Below, piece after piece: positions 1 through 8,926 of a stretch of DNA of 64,000 bases. This DNA is from Candidatus Aminicenantes bacterium (lineage in GTDB: Bacteria > Acidobacteriota > Aminicenantia > Aminicenantales > Saccharicenantaceae). Position 1 is the stretch's first letter. The number at the start of each line of letters is the position of its first letter. Location: positions 64,239 through 128,238 of the forward strand of contig JAXDAV010000026.1 of the NCBI GenBank assembly GCA_034679465.1, in the 5' to 3' direction. Both the position numbers and the translations under genes were made by a program. The notes below the pieces were generated by a model that was not told where the DNA came from, did no database searches, and worked only from the letters and a program-made list of their open reading frames with translations.

Positions 1-149
1 CGTGAGCATTGACGCGAAAGCCGGACCCTTGTCCTCATATTACGAACAACCTCGTTTCCCGGCCTCGGGGACGATCCAATTGTCTTGACCCGGCTAGGGA
101 AAACGGTTATCTTCCGAGGCATCACGCCGCTTCCCCGGAGGAGGAGAAT

Positions 150-3125
150 ATGACCCTCGCCGCCCCGATTCATCGACCCGCTCGGATCCGCCGCGCGCCC
201 GCGCCGTCCCCACTCCAACGACCCGTCTTGGCCATCGCGCTCATCGTGCTGATCGCCATGGGCCTGGCCGCCCAGCCGGCCCCCGCCCAGCAGAAGGTCC
301 ACGAGGAGTACACCAAGAAGATCCTCGAGTTCACGACCGATCCGTGCTTCAGCACGCCCTACGTGAACTACCTCCCCTACGTCGAGGGCGTCCCCACGCC
401 GCTCGAGGTCCTCGGCCACATCGCCGGCGCGAAAGACGTCCTGACCTACTCGGCCGACGTCTATAAATACCTGCGCGCCCTGGCCTCCGCGACGCCCCGG
501 GTCAAGGTCTTCGACATCGGCAAAACCGAGGAAGGCCGCGACTGGATCCTGGTCGCCGTCGCCGACGAGGAGACCATCAGGGACCTCGACCGCTACAAGG
601 AGATCGCCGCCAAGCTGGCCGACCCCCGCGGCCTCTCCGCCGACGAGTCCCAATCGCTCCTGGCCCGGGCCAAGCCCATCTACTGGGTCACCGGCGGCCT
701 GCACTCCGGCGAGACGGGCTCGGTCGAGATGCTCATGGAGCTCGCCTACCGCGTCGCCGTCGACGAATCGCCCTTCGTCAAGACCATCCGCGAGAACGCC
801 ATCACCCTCATCACGCCCATCCTCGAGGTCGACGGCCGCGACAAGCAGGTCGATATCTCCATGGCCAAGCGCCAGGACCCCAAGGCCAACGTCCCGACCC
901 GGCTCGTCTGGTGGGGCCAATACGTCGCCCACGACAACAACCGCGACAACCTCGGCCTGGCCCTGAAGCTGAGCCGGCACGTCATGAAGGTCTTTCTCGA
1001 CTTCCACCCCATCGTCATGCACGACCTGCACGAATCCGTCGCCCACCTCTACATCTCGACCGGCACCGGCCCCTACAACGCTTGGCTCGACCCCATCGTC
1101 ATCGACGAGTGGAGCCTGCTCGCCTACCGCGAAGTCAACGAGCTGACCAAGCTCGGCGTCCCCGGCGTCTGGACCCACGGCTTCTACGACGGCTGGGCCC
1201 CGAACTACGCGTTCTACGCGGCCAACGGCCACAACTCCATCGGCCGGTTCTACGAGACGCAGGGCGCGGGCGACGCCTCGACCCGCGTCATCGCCGCCTC
1301 CCCCGACCGGGCCTGGTTCCGGCCCAACCCGCCCCTCCGCTCGACGCTCTGGTCGATGCGCAACAACGTCAATCTCCAGCAGAGCGGCGTCCTCATCGGC
1401 CTGAACCACGTCGCCTCGCTCAAGGACAAGTTCCTGGAGAACTTCATCCTCAAGGGCCGGCGCTCGGTCGCCAAGGCCCGCGCCGAAGGACCGGCCGCCT
1501 ATGTCTTCCCCGGCGACGACCCCCGCCCCGGCCAACAGGCCCTGCTCCTGCGACAGCTCCAGGCCCAGGGCGTCGAGGTCCACCGGGCCGACAGGGCCTT
1601 CAAGGTCAAGGACGCGCCCTATCCCGCCGGAAGCTATGTCGTCCGCATGGACCAGCCCTATTCGCGCATGGCCGACCTGATGCTGGACAAGCAGTACTTC
1701 AACGTCAACGACCCACGCCCCTACGACGACGTCGGCTGGACGCTCGGCCCGCTCTACAACATCCGGACCGTCCGCGTCGAGGACCCGGCCGTCCTCGACG
1801 CGCCCATGACCCTCGTCCGGGGCGAAGTCGCGCCTCCCGGCGGCGTCGCCCGCCTGGCCAAGGGCGCCGTCCAGGCCTATCTCATCAACCACAACGCCGA
1901 CATCGCCCTGGCCACGTTCCGCTTCGCCCGCAAGGACCTCAAGATCCAGGCGGCCGAGAAGGACTTCGAGGCCCTGGGCCGGAAGTTCCGCGCCGGATCG
2001 TTCGTCCTCAAGCCCGGAGACAACCCGGCCGACCTCGAGTCCGTCCTCGACGAGGCCGGAAAGACGTACGGCTTCACCGCCGTCGCCGCGGCGGCCGTGC
2101 CCTCCGTCCCGCTCCACGAGGCCCTCGCTCCGCGCCTGGCCGTCATGCACACCTGGCAGAACACCCAGACCGAAGGCTGGCTGCGGATCGCCCTCGACCA
2201 AAGCGGCATCCCCTATGATTACATCTCCGTCCACGCCGCCCGCGACAACGCCAGGCTCCGCGACAAGTACGACGTCATCATCTTCGGCCCGTCGTCGCCC
2301 GACGCCTTGAGCGTCGTCAACGGCCTCACCGGCGACAAGCCCCTGCCGTGGAAGAAGACCGAGCTCACGCCGAACATCGGCGTCCAGGATTCGACCGACG
2401 ACATGCGCGGCGGCCTCGAGCTCGACGGCGTCCTGCACCTCCGCGATTTCGTCAAGGCCGGCGGGGTCTTCATCACCCTGAGCTCGAGCTCGGCCCTGCC
2501 CATCCACTTCGGGCTGGCCCCGGGCCTCTCGATCCGGGACACGCCGAACCTCTGGGCCCGCGGCGGCGTCTTCAAGGCCGAGGTCGGCGACCGGACGAGC
2601 CCGCTCGCCTACGGTTATGACGACACGCTGGGCATCTACTTCAGCCAGTCGCCGGTCTTCGCCATGGGCGGGATGGCCGGCCGGGGGAGAGGGCTGATGG
2701 CCGGCCCGGGCGGAGCGCCGCCGCAGGGGCGGGCCTCGGGCCGCGGCGGCGCCAACGACCCGGACGTCGTCCAGGGCAGGCCCCGCGACCTCGGCCAGAA
2801 AGCCCTCGAGGAGTTCCGCAAGGCCCAGAAGGACGCCGCCGAGCAGGAGGCCGAGGAAGGCCCGCGGGCGGCCGCGGGCCCGGCTGTCCGTCCTCGCGTC
2901 GTCCTGAGCTTCGCCCGCAGCGCCGCCGACCTCCTCATCAGCGGCGGCCTGGCCGCGGGCGAGGAGCTGGCCGGAGCCCCGGCCCTCGCCGACGTGAAGC
3001 TGGGGCAGGGCCACGTCGTCCTGTTCAGCTTCAACCCCGCCTGGCGGAGCCAGACCCACGGGTCTTATTTCCTGATCTTCAACGCCTTGCTCAACTGGAA
3101 GAACCTCGACGCCTCCCCGAAATAG
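150..3125 (+). CDS. Secreted M14-family zinc carboxypeptidase (large form, about 990 aa)
   Basis: ORF 9..3125. The preferred ATG at 150 sits just after GGAGGAGGA. A hydrophobic signal-like segment (LAIALIVLIAMGLAAQPAPAQQ) follows. The HxxE zinc motif lies in GGLHSGETGSVEMLMELAYRV, typical of M14. A Gly/Arg/Ala-rich low-complexity stretch lies near the C-terminus (about 2650-2900). Confidence 0.8.
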   Translation: MTLAAPIHRPARIRRAPAPSPLQRPVLAIALIVLIAMGLAAQPAPAQQKVHEEYTKKILEFTTDPCFSTPYVNYLPYVEGVPTPLEVLGHIAGAKDVLTYSADVYKYLRALASATPRVKVFDIGKTEEGRDWILVAVADEETIRDLDRYKEIAAKLADPRGLSADESQSLLARAKPIYWVTGGLHSGETGSVEMLMELAYRVAVDESPFVKTIRENAITLITPILEVDGRDKQVDISMAKRQDPKANVPTRLVWWGQYVAHDNNRDNLGLALKLSRHVMKVFLDFHPIVMHDLHESVAHLYISTGTGPYNAWLDPIVIDEWSLLAYREVNELTKLGVPGVWTHGFYDGWAPNYAFYAANGHNSIGRFYETQGAGDASTRVIAASPDRAWFRPNPPLRSTLWSMRNNVNLQQSGVLIGLNHVASLKDKFLENFILKGRRSVAKARAEGPAAYVFPGDDPRPGQQALLLRQLQAQGVEVHRADRAFKVKDAPYPAGSYVVRMDQPYSRMADLMLDKQYFNVNDPRPYDDVGWTLGPLYNIRTVRVEDPAVLDAPMTLVRGEVAPPGGVARLAKGAVQAYLINHNADIALATFRFARKDLKIQAAEKDFEALGRKFRAGSFVLKPGDNPADLESVLDEAGKTYGFTAVAAAAVPSVPLHEALAPRLAVMHTWQNTQTEGWLRIALDQSGIPYDYISVHAARDNARLRDKYDVIIFGPSSPDALSVVNGLTGDKPLPWKKTELTPNIGVQDSTDDMRGGLELDGVLHLRDFVKAGGVFITLSSSSALPIHFGLAPGLSIRDTPNLWARGGVFKAEVGDRTSPLAYGYDDTLGIYFSQSPVFAMGGMAGRGRGLMAGPGGAPPQGRASGRGGANDPDVVQGRPRDLGQKALEEFRKAQKDAAEQEAEEGPRAAAGPAVRPRVVLSFARSAADLLISGGLAAGEELAGAPALADVKLGQGHVVLFSFNPAWRSQTHGSYFLIFNALLNWKNLDASPK

Positions 3126-3151
3126 CCCCGGGAACGAAACGAGGAGCGCCC

Positions 3152-3718
3152 GTGTTCAGAGCATCCGATCTGAAGAAAGGGGACGTCGTCAAGATCGACG
3201 GCGCGCCCCACATCGTCGAGACGATCAAGGTCCAGAAGCCGTCCGCGCGCGGCGCCGTGACCCTCTACAAGATCCGCTTCCGCGACCTGTCGACGAAAAG
3301 GAAGGTCGATCAGTCGCTCCGCGGCGACGACCTGTTCGAAGAGGCCGATTTCGAGCGCCGTCCGGTCCAGTATCTCTTCGGCGACGCCTCGGGCGTCACC
3401 TTCATGGATCTCCAGGACTACGGCCAGTTCACGCTGACGAAAGAGGAGATCGCGGAGGAATGGCCCTATCTCACCGAGGGCCTCGAAGGGATCATCGCCA
3501 TCTCCTCCGAGGGCCGGGTCCTGGGACTCCAGATCCCGACCTTCATCAGCCTCGAGATCGTCGAGACCATTCCGTCCGTCAAAGGCGGGTCGGTGACGGC
3601 CCGGACCAAGCCGGCGACGCTCTCGACCGGCCTCGTCGTCCAAGTCCCGGAATACATGTCCGTCGGCGAGATCATCCGCGTCGACACCCGGACGGGGGAG
3701 TACGCCTCCAAGGCGTAG
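3152..3718 (+). CDS. yeiP: Elongation factor P-like protein (YeiP/EfpL type)
   Basis: GTG start at 3152 with GAGGAG 6 nt upstream. The loop [18 protein letters not shown] and the C-terminal [21 protein letters not shown] closely match E. coli YeiP ([36 protein letters not shown]). They do not match the canonical EF-P loop KPGKGQAF. Confidence 0.85.
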   Translation: [188 protein letters not shown]

Positions 3719-3769
3719 GGATCGTCGAGGCGATATCCCTCGCCGCCTCGAGAGGGCTCATGGAAAACC

Positions 3770-4696
3770 ATGATGAACAACGGCTATGCCTATTCCGACC
3801 GCATCGCCCGGTCTGACGGGGGCCTGACCGTCCTGTCTTTTTACGCCCGATCCTACCGCCATTCGTCCGAGGCCGAGTGGCGGGAAAAGATCGCCCGGGG
3901 CGAGGTCGCGCTCAACGGCCGGACGGCCTCGCCGGGCGACCGGCTGGCCGCCGGCGATCTCCTCGTCTACCGTCGGCCGCCGTGGGACGAGCCCGACGCG
4001 CCGACGGATTTCGGGGTCCTGTTCGAAGACGACGACGTCCTTGTCCTCTCCAAGCCGTCCGGCCTGCCCGTCCTCCCCGGCGGGTTCTTCCTGGAGAACA
4101 CCCTGCTCCATCGGGTCCGCGAGCGCTTCGGGCCGGCGTGCTCGCCGCTCCACCGGCTCGGCCGGGGCACTTCGGGGGCCATCGTCTTCACCCGCCATCG
4201 TGCTTCGGCGCGATCGTTGGCCGAAGCGATGCTGGAGCGGCGCATCCTCAAGATCTATCTGGCCCTGGCGACGGGCACGACCATGCCGGACGGCTTCACG
4301 GTCGACGCTCCCATCGGCCCCGTCCCCCACACGCTCCCCGCGACCGTCAACGCCTACCGCCCGGACGGCCGTCCGTCAACGAGCCACGTCCGGGTCCTGC
4401 ACAGGTTCCCCGACCGCGACGTCTCGCTCGTCGAAGTGACCATCCCGACCGGCCGGCCTCACCAGATCCGCATCCATCTCGCTTGCGCCGGCTTCCCTCT
4501 GGCCGGCGATCCGCTCTATCTCCCCGGCGGCCTTCCGCGCCCGGACGGACTCGACGACGATCCGGCGACGACCCCGGGCGCGACCGGCTATCTCCTGCAC
4601 TCCTGGAAGGTCCGTTTCCCTCATCCGTCCCGGGGCGAAGAGATCGAGGTCGTCTGCCCGCCGCCCGCTTACTTGTACTTCACCGAGCAGCCGTAG
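3770..4696 (+). CDS. RluA-family pseudouridine synthase
   Basis: S4-like N-terminus (REKIARGEVALNGR). Catalytic motif HRLGRGTSGAIVF (HRLD-type with Asp replaced by Gly). C-terminal TGRPHQIRIHLA motif. The start may be 3770 or 3773. Confidence 0.8.
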   Translation: MMNNGYAYSDRIARSDGGLTVLSFYARSYRHSSEAEWREKIARGEVALNGRTASPGDRLAAGDLLVYRRPPWDEPDAPTDFGVLFEDDDVLVLSKPSGLPVLPGGFFLENTLLHRVRERFGPACSPLHRLGRGTSGAIVFTRHRASARSLAEAMLERRILKIYLALATGTTMPDGFTVDAPIGPVPHTLPATVNAYRPDGRPSTSHVRVLHRFPDRDVSLVEVTIPTGRPHQIRIHLACAGFPLAGDPLYLPGGLPRPDGLDDDPATTPGATGYLLHSWKVRFPHPSRGEEIEVVCPPPAYLYFTEQP

Positions 4697-5289
4697 GGCC
4701 GGGTCGTCGTGACGGCGACGGGTCGGCCGGCGGCGAGAGCGTCGAGCGCGGCCAGGGCGTAGTTCGTCCGGTCCGGCTTGTTCCCGCCCGTGTCGTCGTC
4801 GATGGCCCCGTTGTAGGCGATCCGGCCCTGGGCATCGATGACGATGATGTGGGGCGTCGTCTTGGCCCCGTAGGCGCGGCCCGTCGTCCCGTCGGCGTCC
4901 ATGAGCTGGGCGGCGTACGCGGCCTGCCATTCGGTGAAGGTCTTCTTCAGCTCGCCGGGCCCGCGGTAATTGGCGTGACCGGGATTGGTCGAATTGACGG
5001 CCAGCCAGACGGCCCCCTTCTCCTCAGCCGCTTTCTGCGCGGCGGGCATCAGACCGCCCTCGTAATGACGCTTGACGACCGGACAACCGGGGTTCGTCCA
5101 CTCGAGGACCACGATCTTGCCCTTGAACTCGGCCAGGGAGCGATCGTTCCCATCGAGACACTTCAGCGTGAAGGCCGGGGCCGGGTCCCCGATCCTCGGC
5201 GGCGTCTCCTGGGCGGCCGCGGCGACGGCGCCGGCGGCAGCGAGGATCAGGCCGAGGACCAACGATCTCGTGAGTCGCGGCGTGGTCAT
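4669..5289 (-). CDS. Exported thioredoxin-fold redoxin (PRX-like/TlpA-like, single-Cys CPVV motif)
   Basis: ORF 4669..5337. The preferred ATG at 5289 (MTTPRL) has GGAGG upstream. Signal peptide LVLGLILAAAGAVAAAAQE. Thioredoxin-fold core KIVVLEWTNPGCPVVKRHYEGG. Its 3' end overlaps the convergent rluA-family gene by 28 nt. Confidence 0.7.
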   Translation of the reverse strand: MTTPRLTRSLVLGLILAAAGAVAAAAQETPPRIGDPAPAFTLKCLDGNDRSLAEFKGKIVVLEWTNPGCPVVKRHYEGGLMPAAQKAAEEKGAVWLAVNSTNPGHANYRGPGELKKTFTEWQAAYAAQLMDADGTTGRAYGAKTTPHIIVIDAQGRIAYNGAIDDDTGGNKPDRTNYALAALDALAAGRPVAVTTTRPYGCSVKYK

Positions 5290-5293
5290 GGAT

Positions 5294-7465
5294 CTACCTC
5301 CGTTGATCGCAATCTCCGGGTCCCGAAGGACCCTCATCGGTGCGGTTTCGGACCGGTGCGGCGGAGACGGCCGCCGTGATCTCGTACCCCGCGCCGGCGA
5401 CGACGAGGACGCCGCCGACGGCGGCGGGCGGCGGGGCGCCGGGGCCCTTCGAAGGGATGAGCCGAATATGGACTGTCCCCTCTCTCAAGGCGAGGCCGGA
5501 GCTGTCGACGACATAGCCCTCAACGGGGTGGGCGAAGAAATCCCCGATTTCCGAGTCCCGCGGACCGGTCACGGCGAACTCGACCTCCCAGGCCGCGCCG
5601 GTCCATTGGGCCCGCGCGGGAGCCGCGGTCAATCCCGACTCGTGGAAGGGCCTGGGAAAACGGGACGCGAACCTCCCCAGGAGAGAACGCCCTGCGGCGA
5701 GAGACGCCGCGTCGGGCGGGATGACGGCCCGGGCCGGCGTCTCCCCGGTGACGCAGCTTTCGCGGCAGGCCATCCATTCGAGGACGGCGGAGGCCTCCCA
5801 AGGCCCTCCGCTCCAGCCCGCCGGAGGCGAGATGTCGCAGAGGAGAAGGACCTCGTCCTTGTGCTTCAGCGAGACCAGTCCGTCCTCGACGGACTTGGCG
5901 GGAATCGGATGGCGCAGTGGGCCGGCCGAGAACCCCTGGGGCAGGGTCCAGCGCGCCGCCGGGGCCAGCCCGGCATCGCCGGGGTTGACCCAATAGAGGT
6001 GCCAGCCGGACTCGAGCTGGATGTCGAACCCCAGCGTGACCGGGCCGGGGTTCCCCGGGCTTATGACGACGAGCCCGAGACTCTTCAATGCGGAACGGAT
6101 CTTCCTGGCTTCGCGGTCGACGCCGGCCTGGCGCAGGATGAGATGGGTCACCAGGCCCTGGACGTCCTTGACAAACGCGATCTGGATGTCCGCCCCCGGG
6201 TGGAAGAACTCCGCCGCGCTCTCGGCCTGGAAGGCGAGCAGGGGCTGTCCCGTCGCCCTCACGAAAAGCCGCCCCGCCATCCGTGTGACCGTGAGCGTGA
6301 ACCCCGGCCGGAGTTCGTATTCCCCGACGTAGCCCTGGAGCACCGCCTCGTCCACCTCCACCGCCTGGCGCTTGACCGGCGGCTTGAGCAGGGGCGCGGG
6401 CCATTCCGGCTCGAGGGCGTGGAGGCCGAGGTCATCGACCTCGAAGGACGTGTTGCAGAGGACGACGACGCCCGTCTTCTTCGCCGGAGCGAAGCCCGCG
6501 AACGACCGAAACCCGCCCGTGCCGCCGTTGTGCCAGACGATCTCCGTCCCGTACTTGTTCCAGACGTGCCAGCCCAGGCCGATGTCGAGGCCGTCCGTGC
6601 CGGTCGAGCGCCTCTTCTCGAGCATCAGGTCGAAGGCCCGGCGGAGCGGCGTCTCGCGGAGGCCCATGGCCGCGGTCAGGAGCTTGAGCATGTCGTTCGC
6701 GGTCGACCGGAGCGCTCCGGCGCCGGCCAGGGCGTCGAAGGCCCAGGGCTTGACCGGCCGGAGCGACGGCCCGGTCGGAACGGCGAGGCGGGCCTTCATC
6801 GACTCCGGCAGGGTGATGGCGGTATCGCTCATCCCCAGCGGCTCGAGGACGCGGCGGCGGACGAGCTCCTCATAGCTGACGCCGGCCTTCCAGGCCAGGG
6901 CGTGACCGAGCAGGCCGACGCCGAGGTTCGAGTACTCGTATTTCTCGCCGATCGCGCGGGTCAGGGCGTGCCCGGAGAGGAACTCGTAGAGCTTCGCCGG
7001 CCCGTAATCGGCGTAGGGGTCTCCGCCGTCGGCCGGCTTGAGATTGCCCGGCAGTCGCGGCAGGCCCGAGACCTGGTTCGAAAGGTCGAGGAGGGTGATC
7101 TCGCGGCCGTCGCGGCCGGGCACCTTGACCGCCGCTGGCAGGAGCTTGGCGACCGGATCATCGAGCTTCACTTCGCCGCGCACGACCATGTCCGCCAGGA
7201 CGAGCGACGTGAAGACCTTGGTGATCGAGCCGATCTCGAACACCGTGTCGGCGTCCGGGACGAGGGTCCCGCCCGGCGCCGTGGCGCCCGCCGCCGTGAC
7301 GCGTTGCCCGTTCGCGTCGACCAGGGCGGCGACGATCCCGACGGCCTTGCGGGCCTCGTCCGTCCGGTTGACGAGGAGCGGCCTCAACTCACCCAGGTCC
7401 CGGGCTGCGAGGAGGATCGCCGCGGCGGCGGCGAACCCGATCATTCCGGCCGAAGCTTTCTTCAT
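5294..7465 (-). CDS. Exported fusion of a beta-lactamase-fold serine hydrolase (intact SxxK) and a DsbD-alpha/ScsB-N-like thiol-disulfide domain
   Basis: Within ORF 5294..8068 the real start is ATG 7465 (MKKASAGMIGFAAAAAILLAA, signal peptide), 3 nt after the GT stop. N-terminal half: FEIGSITKVFTSLVLADMVVRGEVKLDDPV (SxxK) and YEYSNLGVGLLGHAL (YxN). C-terminal half: ESGWHLYWVNPGDAGLAPAARWTLPQGF and LEWMACRESCVTGE (paired Cys), as in DsbD N-terminal-type domains. Confidence 0.75.
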   Translation of the reverse strand: MKKASAGMIGFAAAAAILLAARDLGELRPLLVNRTDEARKAVGIVAALVDANGQRVTAAGATAPGGTLVPDADTVFEIGSITKVFTSLVLADMVVRGEVKLDDPVAKLLPAAVKVPGRDGREITLLDLSNQVSGLPRLPGNLKPADGGDPYADYGPAKLYEFLSGHALTRAIGEKYEYSNLGVGLLGHALAWKAGVSYEELVRRRVLEPLGMSDTAITLPESMKARLAVPTGPSLRPVKPWAFDALAGAGALRSTANDMLKLLTAAMGLRETPLRRAFDLMLEKRRSTGTDGLDIGLGWHVWNKYGTEIVWHNGGTGGFRSFAGFAPAKKTGVVVLCNTSFEVDDLGLHALEPEWPAPLLKPPVKRQAVEVDEAVLQGYVGEYELRPGFTLTVTRMAGRLFVRATGQPLLAFQAESAAEFFHPGADIQIAFVKDVQGLVTHLILRQAGVDREARKIRSALKSLGLVVISPGNPGPVTLGFDIQLESGWHLYWVNPGDAGLAPAARWTLPQGFSAGPLRHPIPAKSVEDGLVSLKHKDEVLLLCDISPPAGWSGGPWEASAVLEWMACRESCVTGETPARAVIPPDAASLAAGRSLLGRFASRFPRPFHESGLTAAPARAQWTGAAWEVEFAVTGPRDSEIGDFFAHPVEGYVVDSSGLALREGTVHIRLIPSKGPGAPPPAAVGGVLVVAGAGYEITAAVSAAPVRNRTDEGPSGPGDCDQRR

Positions 7466-7467
7466 GA

Positions 7468-8514
7468 TCACATCGCTTTTATAGCACAGATCTCCCGGAG
7501 GCTCAAAAAGGACCGGGCGGCATCGCTCCATGTGTACGAAAGGCGCGGCCGGCTCTCCGCGGCGCCCGCGGCGAGCTCCCGCAAGCGCCCCGGTTCCCGG
7601 ACGAGGCCGAGCAGTCCCCGGGCCAGCTCCGTCGCGGTCGCGAAGAGGAGCCCCGTTCGGCCTTCCTCGATGAACGGCTCCGAATACGGCGCCCTCACGG
7701 CCAGGATGGGCAGGCCGAAGGCCCGGGCTTCGTGAAAGGCCATGCCGAACGATTCGCTCGGCGAGGGGCTGACGAGGGCGGAGCTTTCCTCGTATTCCCC
7801 GCCGAGGTCCTCGTACGGGACGAACCCGAGGAGGGCGACGCGCTCGCGGAGAAGAGGATGGGCGCCCACCGCTTCCCGGCAGGCGGCGGCCGTTCCCGGC
7901 TCGATGTCGGTCCGCCCGGCGACGCGCAGACTGAAATCGTCCTCGGGCCGGACCTCGCGTCCGAGGGCGTCGAGGAAGTCCGGAACGCCCTTTCCCCGGA
8001 TGAGGCTCGAAACGACCAGCCCCGTGAAGACCTCGGGCGGGCGGAGCGGCCCGGTCGGCAGGACGCACGGGGCCGGCGGAACGAGGAGAATGGGCTTTCC
8101 GGCGAGGCCTCTGGCCCTGAGGATGTCCCCCGTCCTCCGGCCGGTCACGAGAAAGCCCAGGCCTCGGCGGAAGACGAGGTCTTCGGCCCGCCTCAGCCCG
8201 GCGGCCGCTTCCGGCGTCCGGCCCGGGTCCTCGCTGGGCAGGCTGTGGATGATGAAGAAGAGCCGCGCGTCCGGCCCGATCGGGTCCGATCCGGCCAGCC
8301 GGGGGATGTAGAGGCTGTCCACCCAGAGCTCGGTCCCGGGCGGGTACGCCCCCGTCGAGAGCCGGTCCAGGGTCGTCGTCTCGACCCTGAGGCCCGCCGC
8401 CCTCAAGGCCCGGACGAAGAACCTGTTGTAGAGGTCGCCTCCGGATGGGGGCCGTCCCGGCGGGACGACGAAGACGAGGCCCGGCCCGGCCGCGGTCCGC
8501 GGGGGTTCAGGCAC
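7468..8514 (-). CDS. GT1/GT4-family glycosyltransferase
   Basis: C-terminal signature LVSPSPSESFGMAFHEARAFGLPILAVRAPYSEPFIEEGRTGLLF (the E-x7-E region of GT4 enzymes). Overlaps the upstream PTPS-like gene by 8 nt and is 2 nt from the downstream gene. Confidence 0.8.
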   Translation of the reverse strand: MPEPPRTAAGPGLVFVVPPGRPPSGGDLYNRFFVRALRAAGLRVETTTLDRLSTGAYPPGTELWVDSLYIPRLAGSDPIGPDARLFFIIHSLPSEDPGRTPEAAAGLRRAEDLVFRRGLGFLVTGRRTGDILRARGLAGKPILLVPPAPCVLPTGPLRPPEVFTGLVVSSLIRGKGVPDFLDALGREVRPEDDFSLRVAGRTDIEPGTAAACREAVGAHPLLRERVALLGFVPYEDLGGEYEESSALVSPSPSESFGMAFHEARAFGLPILAVRAPYSEPFIEEGRTGLLFATATELARGLLGLVREPGRLRELAAGAAESRPRLSYTWSDAARSFLSLREICAIKAM

Positions 8515-8917
8515 GCTTGCGGCCCGGCCCCGGCTTGGCCGCGACGTCGCCCTCGTACGAGGCCCAGGCCTCGGGCGACTCGCGGGCCGTGATCTTCAGG
8601 CAACCCTTGAACCGTGACGCGACCCTGGCCGCGACGCCGTCATGGATGCGCCGGGCCAGGAATTCCATGGTCGTCGGCACGGCGGCCAGGGCCGGGTTCT
8701 CCTCCAGGTTCTTGTAGTGGAACTCGGCCAGGACGTCCTTCAGGACCCTGGAGGCCCGGACGACGTCGATGACGGTGTTGTTCGCGTCGAGCTCCGCGGT
8801 CCGGAACTCGGCGTCCACGACCAGGGTGACCCCATGGAGACCGCGGGCCGGACCGAAGACGTCCCGTTTCAAGGCGTGGGCGACGAAGGCGTGACGCCGG
8901 ATCGTGAGGCCGTACAT
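8507..8917 (-). CDS. Divergent 6-pyruvoyl-tetrahydropterin synthase/QueD-family protein
   Basis: Aligns by eye to QueD: FVAHAL (AAHRL), GLHGVTLVVDAEF (RLHGHSFMV), EFHYKNLEEN (LDHHYLND), ITARESPEA (VKETCT). The position of the catalytic Cys (HKCGR) reads GPARG, and HGH reads HGV. GAGGAGG RBS upstream of ATG 8917. Confidence 0.65.
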   Translation of the reverse strand: MYGLTIRRHAFVAHALKRDVFGPARGLHGVTLVVDAEFRTAELDANNTVIDVVRASRVLKDVLAEFHYKNLEENPALAAVPTTMEFLARRIHDGVAARVASRFKGCLKITARESPEAWASYEGDVAAKPGPGRKRA

Positions 8918-8926
8918 GGCTCCTCC

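Noticed and set aside
4669-4696. 28-nt overlap of the convergent 3' ends of the rluA-family and redoxin genes.
   Set aside because: Both ORFs have good family support up to their C-termini. Convergent end overlaps of this size are common in compact GC-rich genomes and need no special explanation.
5072-7735. 887-aa plus-strand ORF antisense to the beta-lactamase/DsbD-like gene. The same applies to other very long ORFs: 3877..5379 +, 8640..9806 -, 14551..16239 -, 16736..19444 +, 19995..21401 +, 21892..23370 -, 23430..25253 -, 24110..25537 +, 32573..35263 -, 35480..37411 -, 38227..41346 -, 41109..43340 +, 41557..43116 -, 50862..52040 -, 51913..53688 -, 53754..55826 -, 57569..58636 -, 59661..60557 +, 61677..62570 +.
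   Set aside because: Their translations are dominated by Arg/Pro/Gly/Asp/Glu/Ala with no recognisable motifs, signal peptides or TM segments. Each is a shadow of a gene with clear family signatures in another frame or on the other strand. Long stop-free antisense frames are expected at this GC content.
7466-8068. Upstream extension of ORF 5294..8068 (an extra 200 aa before MKKASAG).
   Set aside because: The extension is Arg/Pro/Gly-rich and overlaps the GT1 glycosyltransferase gene in another frame. MKK at 7465 gives a clean signal peptide directly after the GT stop.
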